From Oligoflexales bacterium (GTDB lineage Bacteria > Bdellovibrionota_B > Oligoflexia > Oligoflexales > CAIYRB01): a stretch of 12,870 bases of DNA. Both the position numbers and the translations under genes were made by a program. The stretch's first letter is position 1; each line of letters opens with the position of its first letter. This document shows, in pieces, positions 6,404 to 12,870 of the stretch. Location: the NCBI GenBank assembly GCA_041736175.1, contig JBGSUI010000263.1, positions 1 to 12,870 on the forward strand. Direction: 5' to 3'. The notes beneath the pieces were generated by a model. The model did no database searches. It was not told where the DNA came from and worked only from the letters and a program-made list of their open reading frames with translations.

Positions 6404-8209
6404 TTAGAGCCAACCCTCTTTAGAGCGGGTGTGCAAGTTTTGCGAATCTTGTTCAAAGAGCTTTTCCACTTGCGCCCGAGCTTCTCGAGAGCGGGAGATA
6501 ATCTGCTTTTCGTCCTTATGGATTTTGTAGTTTTGCTCTAAAAGCTCTAAATCATAGCGGCGAAATTTCTGAACCAATCGCTGTGCATAGTAGGCGGCGT
6601 AACCCAAGGATTTAAGTGCCTCAAGCCCCATCCCTAAGGCGCTGGAAAAGGTCTCCCGCTCGAGATTTAAAACCCCTCGGTCAAGGAGTTCGTAGGCATG
6701 GGTGCGGTCCCTGGCGCGGACCACCATGGGGAGTTTGGGGTAATGGTGTTTGATTTCGTCGACGAGACGGTTGACCGACTCCGGGTCGTCGATGGTGATC
6801 ACAAGGAGTCTCGCGTGGGCGATCCCTGCAGCCTCGAGGATCGCCATTTGGGTGGCGTCCCCATAATAGGCTTTTTGGCCAAATTTGCGGACATAATCGA
6901 TATGACTCGGGCTGTGGTCGATCACTGTAGAGCCGATTTTTTGGGCGTTTAGGAGCCTGGCTACGACCTGCCCCATACGACCGAACCCAGCGATGATCAC
7001 CTGATGGCCTTCGGATTCGATGGTGTCCGCAGCAGGTTTAGCCAGCGTGTGGGCGCTTCGGAAACGGTCATAAATCAACAACAGGAGGGGAGTGGTCAGC
7101 ATGGAAAGGGTGATGGCCCCACTGGCAAGAGCGTTTTGGGTGGGGTCGAGGATGTGGTCACGACCCGCCTGGCTATAAAGGACAAAAGCAAATTCGCCTC
7201 CTTGGGAAAGCATGATCCCCATGAGGAAAGACTCGGAGCGTTGCAGTTTAAAAATGATTCCCAGCCCATAAACAACTAAAAGTTTTAGGACGATCATCCC
7301 GACCACTAACATCGCCATGGTCAGAGGCTGGCTGATAATCAGCTGGGTGTTGATGGACATCCCGACGGCGAGGAAAAAAAGCCCCAGGAGGAGCCCCTTA
7401 AAGGGCAAGATATTGGCCTCGAGCTCGTGGCGGTACTCCGAGTCCGCAAGGACGACGCCGGCTAAAAAGGTCCCGAGAGCCATGGAAAGGCCGACGATGT
7501 TCATCAAGTAGGAGATCCCCACAACGATAAACAGCGACAGAGCTGTGAGGAGTTCAGGAATCCGCGAGCTAGCCACATAGCGAAACAGGGGACGGGATAA
7601 AAATCGAGCAAAGAGCACGAGACTACCGATGGCGACCGTAGGCCAAAGGATCTGGGACCAAAGGGGCACGACTGGGGTGTTTTCGGATGTTGGTCCTAGA
7701 AAAGACAGAATCAGGAGTATAGGTATCACCGCAAGATCTTGGAAGAGCAAGACTGAGAAAGCTTTTTGGCCGACGCTGTGACCGCGGATGCCTCTTTCGG
7801 ACAGGATCTGCATGGCGATGGCTGTCGACGACATGGCCATACCCATCCCGACGATGCCCGCGCTCTTTCCAGACCAGCCGGTGACCAAGCTTAAAGCGCC
7901 CATGGCAAAAAGGCTGGTCAGGGCGACCTGGAGGGTTCCCATGATAAAGATGGAGTGGCGGAGGTTCCACAGACGCTGGGGGTTAAGCTCTAAGCCGATG
8001 AGAAAAAGCAGCAGAACCACGCCAAACTCAGCCGTATGGAGGATTTGCTCAGGATCTTTGACCCAGCCAAACCCATAGGGCCCTAGGATTAAACCTGCTA
8101 AGAGATAGCCGATCACCGAGCCTAAACCCAAGCGAATCGTTAGGGGGACTATCGTGACGGCTGCCGTCAGGAGAACAAGTAAAAAACCTAGAAGACCCTG
8201 ATCAGCCAT
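6404..8209 (-). CDS. kefC: Glutathione-gated K+ efflux antiporter, KefC/KefB type (CPA2 membrane domain plus KTN/RCK domain)
   Basis: AEFGVVLLLFLIGLELNP, LLFQD, HELEANILPFKGLLLGLFF, LSQGGEFAFV, then a KTN domain with IIAGFGRMGQ, RKFG..AYYGDAT, RARD and ERETF. KefC versus KefB cannot be resolved by eye. Confidence 0.93.
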   Translation of the reverse strand: MADQGLLGFLLVLLTAAVTIVPLTIRLGLGSVIGYLLAGLILGPYGFGWVKDPEQILHTAEFGVVLLLFLIGLELNPQRLWNLRHSIFIMGTLQVALTSLFAMGALSLVTGWSGKSAGIVGMGMAMSSTAIAMQILSERGIRGHSVGQKAFSVLLFQDLAVIPILLILSFLGPTSENTPVVPLWSQILWPTVAIGSLVLFARFLSRPLFRYVASSRIPELLTALSLFIVVGISYLMNIVGLSMALGTFLAGVVLADSEYRHELEANILPFKGLLLGLFFLAVGMSINTQLIISQPLTMAMLVVGMIVLKLLVVYGLGIIFKLQRSESFLMGIMLSQGGEFAFVLYSQAGRDHILDPTQNALASGAITLSMLTTPLLLLIYDRFRSAHTLAKPAADTIESEGHQVIIAGFGRMGQVVARLLNAQKIGSTVIDHSPSHIDYVRKFGQKAYYGDATQMAILEAAGIAHARLLVITIDDPESVNRLVDEIKHHYPKLPMVVRARDRTHAYELLDRGVLNLERETFSSALGMGLEALKSLGYAAYYAQRLVQKFRRYDLELLEQNYKIHKDEKQIISRSREARAQVEKLFEQDSQNLHTRSKEGWL

Positions 8210-8223
8210 GGATCCTACTTCCT

Positions 8224-8835
8224 TTAAAGATACGGGTCATTTTCGATGGATTCTTGGACAACGCTGTCAAATTCCTTAAGTGCAGCAGGGCCGTGGCTTT
8301 GGTAGTTCATGAGGAGTTGTTTATAGGCTGCCGCTTTGGTCGCCAACAACTCATCCGTAAGGCTGCGGAGCCCTTGGACCAGAAATGGATAGTGGTAACG
8401 CATCTGGCAAAGGGCGACTGTTGCTTCGAAGGGCCTTAAGATTTCGGCGACGGTAAACCGGTAGGAGCCCTGGCGCTGGTAGTTGGTCCAAGGGGCTCCG
8501 GTGCTTATGACCTGTAGGAAGTCTTTGCCCTTAAGGGAGTCTCCTCCATGTCCAAAAGCAAAGCCTTGGGTTAGGACGACGTCAATCCATTCTTTAAGAA
8601 GGGGTGGGCAGCTATACCAATAAAGGGGATGCTGAAAGATAATCAGTTGGTGCTTGCTCAGGCGCTCTTGCTCCTGCGGGACATCGATCAGAAAATCGGG
8701 GTAGGTTTGGTAGAGGTCCACAAAGGTGACGTGCTCGAGGGATAAGGCTGAGCTGCTTAATACCTTGTTAATCCGCGACAGGTGGGGATAGGGATGGGCA
8801 AAGATGACCAGGATGGCGGGCTGTTGGCGCTCCAT
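8224..8835 (-). CDS. kefG: KefG/KefF-type flavodoxin-fold NAD(P)H oxidoreductase, Kef ancillary subunit
   Basis: AHPYP, DLYQTYPDFLIDVPQEQ, FQHPLYWYSCPPLLKEWID and LRPFE motifs; ends 14 bp upstream of the kef antiporter on the same strand. KefG versus KefF is uncertain. Confidence 0.9.
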   Translation of the reverse strand: MERQQPAILVIFAHPYPHLSRINKVLSSSALSLEHVTFVDLYQTYPDFLIDVPQEQERLSKHQLIIFQHPLYWYSCPPLLKEWIDVVLTQGFAFGHGGDSLKGKDFLQVISTGAPWTNYQRQGSYRFTVAEILRPFEATVALCQMRYHYPFLVQGLRSLTDELLATKAAAYKQLLMNYQSHGPAALKEFDSVVQESIENDPYL

Positions 8836-8910
8836 GTTTTTTGTTTTCCCCCCTCACAAAACCGAGTCTTATGATTATGCCAGGGTTGGAGACCATTTAA
8901 AATATGGGCT

Positions 8911-9291
8911 CTAACGGCAGCGGTGTTGCATATAAGGTGTCCACTGGCCTTTTCCCTTAGGGATGTCGGTTTGGACTCCTAGCTCGATGGTGTTGATCTG
9001 GGTAGGATCTGCTTTGGTTTTCGACCCGCCCTGGTCGGCACTTTGGGTGTCGAGACTGCAGGGTACAGGGGGCTCTAGGTGGACGCCTTGTCCCTGCCCT
9101 TTCACACTCATCGTGCCATCTTGGGGCCTCTGCGAGCGACCCTTGTCTGAATTGGACGATGCCTGCTGCTTACCGGGTTTCTGCCCTTGTATGGGCTCAT
9201 GGACGGATTGGCCTGGAGCGGCTTGGTCCCGGCATTGGATCTGGGTAGCAATTAACAGGAGGGCCGCGCATCGGAAGATTTGTGTCAGCAT
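8911..9291 (-). CDS. Hypothetical small lipoprotein (126 aa)
   Basis: ATG at 9291 with an AGGAGA RBS; MLTQIFRCAALLLIATQIQC signal with a weak lipobox; Q/G/S/P-rich disordered body; C-terminal segment with two Cys (PVPC ... HRCR). Confidence 0.65.
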   Translation of the reverse strand: MLTQIFRCAALLLIATQIQCRDQAAPGQSVHEPIQGQKPGKQQASSNSDKGRSQRPQDGTMSVKGQGQGVHLEPPVPCSLDTQSADQGGSKTKADPTQINTIELGVQTDIPKGKGQWTPYMQHRCR

Positions 9292-9388
9292 AAGGTCTCC
9301 TATTGTTAAGGGTATCATGGTTCCTACGACTCTAAGACTGCAAGGGAAGGGCCACTCCAAACCAGTGGCTCATGACGCAAAACTGAGT

Positions 9389-9676
9389 TTAGTCGGCATG
9401 TCGGTTTCGTTGGCGACGCATCTCATCCTGACGAGTTCTGGCTAGGAGTTTTTGGATCTCGGGTGAATAGCGGAGTTGGAACAGAATCGACTGCATGACC
9501 AGGGACTCTTCGTGCCGACTGACTGTATGAATTCCCACATCCTTAAAATACTCGTTGAGTTTCTCAATGACATGATTTGGTTCAACCCTCCAGGTCTCCA
9601 CGATCTTTTGGACCGGGGGAGTCAAATAACGCATGGTGATAAAGTGCCATATGGGGGTTTTATCAAATTCTTTCAT
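9389..9676 (-). CDS. Hypothetical cytoplasmic protein (95 aa, MKEFDKTPIWHF...)
   Basis: Strong AAGGAG RBS just before ATG 9676; amphipathic helical composition; fills an otherwise empty gap. No family recognised. Confidence 0.7.
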   Translation of the reverse strand: MKEFDKTPIWHFITMRYLTPPVQKIVETWRVEPNHVIEKLNEYFKDVGIHTVSRHEESLVMQSILFQLRYSPEIQKLLARTRQDEMRRQRNRHAD

Positions 9677-9703
9677 GAACTCCTTCCCTTTTTTAGCCAG
9701 TTT

Positions 9704-9718
9704 TTGGCATAATGCCAA
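9704..9718. promoter_or_regulatory. 15-bp palindrome TTGGCAT-A-ATGCCAA between divergent genes (operator or bidirectional -10 element)
   Basis: Perfect 7-bp arms in the 109-bp gap between starts 9676 (-) and 9786 (+); contains TG-G-CATAAT on the plus strand. Confidence 0.45.
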
Positions 9719-9785
9719 TGTAAGGACCTCAGTTTTCTATCGGTTGATTCCGAAGAAGATTCAAGAGAGCTTAGAAAGGCTGGTT

Positions 9786-10778
9786 ATGGTCGAGCGGGAT
9801 AAAGCCAAAAAAATCGCAACAAAAAAAGCAGATAAGACGATTAGAAAAAATCTTTCTTCTAAGACTCTTGGGATTTCCAATAAGTCCTCGGGACAGGAGT
9901 CACAGGAAGGTTTTTTTCAGTCATTCGATGGAACTAAACTTTGGTTTAGCGATACCGGTGGACCAGGAGTGCCACTTTTTTTTGTTTATGGGCTTGGGTG
10001 CTCGATCCAGCACTGGAAATATCCAAGGCAGCATTTCGGTCCCCAAGGTTTAGTCCCCAGGCGGCAGGTGTACCTAGACCTGCGGGGGCACGGGCGCAGT
10101 CCGGCACCGGCACCAGGACAGGTGTTTACCCTGAAGCATACGATCCAAGATATCTTGGTGCTCTGCGACTATCTAAACATCTCCCAAGCGGTCTTTCTTG
10201 GACAGTCTATGGGAGGCTCGATTATTGCCACTCTGGCTTTTGAGCATCCAAATCTGGTCCAGAAAATGGTTCTCCTTGGCTCCCCGAGCCGCAGCCCGAC
10301 CTATTGTTTTCCGGCCCCTACTATCCTAGCTCCTATCTGGAGAGGGCTTTTAAGGGCCAATCAAAAATCCCCAAGGGCGATCTCGCTTTTTCACCGGGTC
10401 GCCATGGGACTATCCCGGCGGGAGCCCTTTAAGTTTACGCTCCGTGAGGTGATCCGCAAAGGCGGGTTTAATAGCGCCCTCGCGCTGACCTCTGATATCG
10501 AAGAATATATCTCTAAGATCACCTCCGTGGACGGCAATACGTTTTTTCAAATGGCCGCAGAGCTAGAAGAGTTTGACGTCAAAAACTTCCAAGACGGTCT
10601 CAAGATGCCGACTCTTATCATCGCTGGAGCCCAAGACCGGGTGATTCCCCTTTCTGATCAGCTCCGCTATAAGAGTTTTTTGCCCCATGCCCAAATCGAG
10701 ATCATCCCCCACGGCAGCCACTGCCCCCATTTTGACGACCCAAAACTGGTCAATCGGATGTTGGAAAGTTTTATTTAA
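9786..10778 (+). CDS. Alpha/beta-fold hydrolase with a Lys-rich N-terminal extension
   Basis: Probable start ATG 9786 (GAAAGG upstream); FVYGLG oxyanion loop, DLRGHGRS, nucleophile GQSMG, acid GAQD, base GSH. Confidence 0.92.
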   Translation: MVERDKAKKIATKKADKTIRKNLSSKTLGISNKSSGQESQEGFFQSFDGTKLWFSDTGGPGVPLFFVYGLGCSIQHWKYPRQHFGPQGLVPRRQVYLDLRGHGRSPAPAPGQVFTLKHTIQDILVLCDYLNISQAVFLGQSMGGSIIATLAFEHPNLVQKMVLLGSPSRSPTYCFPAPTILAPIWRGLLRANQKSPRAISLFHRVAMGLSRREPFKFTLREVIRKGGFNSALALTSDIEEYISKITSVDGNTFFQMAAELEEFDVKNFQDGLKMPTLIIAGAQDRVIPLSDQLRYKSFLPHAQIEIIPHGSHCPHFDDPKLVNRMLESFI

Positions 10779-10799
10779 AAAGGTCAGTCCTAGAGAAGT

Positions 10800-12191
10800 T
10801 TAATATTTGAGGTCTTTAGTGGCCTCTTTCCAATCGATTTTTCGGAGATCTGGATTTTCCACAAAAGGTGCAAGACCCCTTTCGCCAGGGATTGTCACGC
10901 AGGAGGCGACCTTTGGGTCTTGGGTTGTTTTTTTGAAGGAGTTGAGCTTTAGGGTATAAAAATCAATCTTGTGATCGTTAATTGAAGTGGGAGTTGCTGT
11001 AAGCAAATCGCTTTTTTGTTCGATAGCTTGCCACCCATTGCCGTAATGGACCTGGTTTTTGCCATCGATATAGACAAGGGACCCCACATGCCAAAATCCT
11101 GGATTTGCATTGAAGCCAAAAGGAATCCCCGTGACGATATCTTGGAAGTGTCGCACGCGGTAGATAGGGACGTTATAAAACATCGCATAAGAGTCGAACC
11201 TGAGTGCAAATTTATTGTCCCCCACCCTGGGCGAACCGTAGGTATAGAGTCCCATAATATTTATATTTTTAAGGTTTCCTCGAAGTTTCTGATTGAGCAA
11301 GTCTGCCATCAACAAGGTGCCGGTGGCACCTCCTAAGCTGTGCCCCGTGATCCACAAATTAAGGGGCGTTTTGCGACTCAGGCTTTGTCTTTCTAGGAGT
11401 TCAGCGATTTTACGATTGACTTCTTTATAGGCATTGTAAAAACCACGCATGACTTTTTCTGATTGAAATTCAGCCATCTCAGTATGTGCGATATCAAGGT
11501 CGGTGCTGATATCATCTTGGCTATCACTTTCGGTCCCCCTAAAAGAGATCACTGCAAAATCCAACTTCTCGTTTTCGGCGTAAAAAGCTTGGGTTGAGGC
11601 TTGGAAGACTTTTTTATCAGGATCGGGCCTAGTCCCAATGATATAGTAAATATTTCGGTTTGGATCGCTAATATCCATATAAGATTGGTATAATTTAAGG
11701 ATGTCTCTATTGAATACTGGATTTCCAAAGGCTTTTTGATACCTCTCAAGGGAATCCCTAAGGAGCGTTTGGCGTTCGGCCTCCGACGACCAAGATTTAA
11801 GTTTAGTCTGTATGCTTGCTTCTAACTTGGCGATTTCGATCTGATGCGCTAGTTTTTGGTAAAACAGGGCGTCTTTTTGACTGCCAAATCCTAAATCAAC
11901 CAGTGTTTTTGATGAGCTGCTGAAATGTTGGTACTGTAAGCCTGAAAGAAAACTCAGCCAAAGGATGTTGGAAGCATTAAGGTACTTTTTTTGGGGGCAG
12001 AAACCAAAATCTCCCAAAATTTTAGGATCTAAAGGCGCCTTCTGGGACGGGGCTTTGTCGCCTAGGCTGGGTGATCCGAGGGGCGCATGGTTGCTGGCGT
12101 CAACCTTTGCTTTCAAACAAGAGGATCCATAGAAAGCAGCAGAAACATAAATTATGAGTCTTTTTAGGGTGTTTTTGTAGCCAAGGTGCAT
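10800..12191 (-). CDS. Class-3 lipase family (Lipase_3) protein, probable lipoprotein
   Basis: VISFRGTE, RGFY, LWITGHSLGGA (GxSxG), YTYGSPRVG, QDIV (Asp), NDH (His); N-terminal signal ending GSSC. Confidence 0.92.
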   Translation of the reverse strand: MHLGYKNTLKRLIIYVSAAFYGSSCLKAKVDASNHAPLGSPSLGDKAPSQKAPLDPKILGDFGFCPQKKYLNASNILWLSFLSGLQYQHFSSSSKTLVDLGFGSQKDALFYQKLAHQIEIAKLEASIQTKLKSWSSEAERQTLLRDSLERYQKAFGNPVFNRDILKLYQSYMDISDPNRNIYYIIGTRPDPDKKVFQASTQAFYAENEKLDFAVISFRGTESDSQDDISTDLDIAHTEMAEFQSEKVMRGFYNAYKEVNRKIAELLERQSLSRKTPLNLWITGHSLGGATGTLLMADLLNQKLRGNLKNINIMGLYTYGSPRVGDNKFALRFDSYAMFYNVPIYRVRHFQDIVTGIPFGFNANPGFWHVGSLVYIDGKNQVHYGNGWQAIEQKSDLLTATPTSINDHKIDFYTLKLNSFKKTTQDPKVASCVTIPGERGLAPFVENPDLRKIDWKEATKDLKY

Positions 12192-12530
12192 GGAAAATCC
12201 TATGAAATGAGTTAAACCAATAGGTTGCTTTACCGGGGAGGGGGGGGGAGGCTGGGCTCGGCAAGCCTGCTATTGTCCCGGATCAGCAAGATATGAGCCA
12301 AAGGACTCTCAAATGGCTGAAGGTAGCCATGCTGGTGGAGACCTTTGGGTCTTGTGGTGTCTTCAGGAGTTAAAGTGATTGTCCGGCCCAGTATCATAAT
12401 GTATGACAGGATCATCGATTAACCTTGAGATTGATTTAAAAAAGAATTGGAACAAGGTTTACAGATAGTTTCCCTGGAATGCATTTAGGTATGCATAAGC
12501 TATAATGATTTTCGATATGTAGAAAGGTCG

Positions 12531-12739
12531 ATGATGAAGAAGTTACTTGTAGCAGCTTTTATGTCCGCTCTCGTAGACTCAGGTGCCCGGGCCGATGTCC
12601 TTGATTCAGAACTCACGACTGGTCGTCGTTGGATGGAAACCAAAGGCGACGATGGAAAAATTGGACAACAAATCAATGAAATAACGCTATCCACTCAGTA
12701 TTTAAAATTAGGTTTTGGAATAGGCCCCTATCTTAACTA
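12531..12739 (+). pseudogene. Secreted, possibly outer-membrane beta-barrel protein, N-terminal part, interrupted by the IS
   Basis: TATAAT at 12501..12506 and a GAAAGG RBS; signal peptide MMKKLLVAAFMSALVDSGARA; alternating beta-strand pattern (EITLSTQY, GFGIGPYLNY). The last residues RSTHMKR and the stop at 12764 come from IS sequence. Confidence 0.7.
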
Positions 12740-12780
12740 TAGATCTACGCACATGAAAAGATAGATTTTAATTTTTTCCG

Positions 12781-12789
12781 TGGTATAAT
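12781..12789 (+). promoter_or_regulatory. Extended -10 promoter (TG-G-TATAAT) of the putative transposase, right copy
   Basis: Perfect TGnTATAAT, followed by a GAGGA RBS at 12809..12813 and ATG at 12823. Confidence 0.7.
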
Positions 12790-12822
12790 GATCGTTTTGC
12801 CAAAAAACGAGGATTGACCACC

Positions 12823-12870
12823 ATGCATTCGTCTAAAGGTAAACCGCTTTCACCTGAGGTAAAGTGGGTC
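12823..12870 (+). CDS. Putative transposase, N-terminal fragment (MHSSKGKPLSPEVKWV), running off the window
   Basis: Open frame from ATG 12823 to the window end, with promoter and RBS; lies inside the repeated element. Confidence 0.6.
   Translation, partial: MHSSKGKPLSPEVKWV

Larger units (their letters stand above)
12736..12870. repeat. 135-bp terminal inverted repeat, right copy
   Basis: Exact reverse complement of 3..137. Confidence 0.98.
12740..12870 (+). mobile_element. Left end of a second copy of the same IS, probably IS630-family; TA target at 12738..12739
   Basis: ...AAC-TA|TAGATCTACGCACATGAAAAG...; identical to the left copy; truncates ORF 12531. Confidence 0.75.

Noticed and set aside
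8963..9445. 160-aa Trp/Cys-rich plus-strand ORF
   Set aside because: It is the antisense shadow of the minus-strand lipoprotein, which has the better RBS and a signal peptide.
9633..9785. Longer N-terminus for the alpha/beta hydrolase
   Set aside because: It overlaps the divergent 95-aa gene and the palindrome region; ATG 9786 has an RBS-like sequence.
12230..12415. 61-aa minus-strand ORF upstream of the lipase
   Set aside because: No convincing RBS or recognisable motif; its poly-Pro tail is just the G tract read on the other strand.
12479..12496. ATGCAT-N6-ATGCAT dyad upstream of TATAAT at 12501
   Set aside because: Only 6-bp arms in AT-rich DNA, with no second such dyad to support an operator.
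135..12739. The two interrupted ORFs being halves of one gene (circular permutation)
   Set aside because: Both junctions show the same end of the element. Joining them gives AAC-TAG, a stop and out of frame. The right-hand fragment has no S8 Asp or His motifs.
1..12870. Linear plasmid, phage or invertron with terminal inverted repeats
   Set aside because: No replication, terminal-protein or virion genes are present. The cargo is chromosomal, the repeats interrupt genes at their inner edges, and their ORF runs off both ends, which fits a contig broken at IS copies.

Overview
A 12.87-kb stretch of bacterial chromosome, probably Bdellovibrionota/Oligoflexia. This is an inference from the many Pro-rich lipoproteins and secreted hydrolases. 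Its two ends are exact reverse complements: 3..137 equals revcomp(12736..12870), 135 bp. Each end looks like the left end of one insertion sequence, probably IS630-family: a flanking TA, an extended -10 promoter, an RBS and the first 16 codons of an outward-reading ORF (MHSSKGKPLSPEVKWV). Each copy interrupts a different gene. On the left is a subtilisin (S8) protease, of which only the C-terminal GTSMAGPHVAG part is in the window. On the right is a signal-peptide, beta-strand-rich protein. Between them lie mlaE, an SH3-domain lipoprotein, a vWA/MIDAS lipoprotein, a secreted Cys-rich TPR protein, an SGNH/CE6 acetylesterase lipoprotein, bolA, rdgB, a kefG/F-kefC/B operon, two small hypothetical genes, an alpha/beta hydrolase and a class-3 lipase lipoprotein. 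I see no clearly new multi-gene system. The best leads are the inverted IS pair, its apparent built-in expression controls, and the uncharacterised vWA-TPR-esterase surface cluster.
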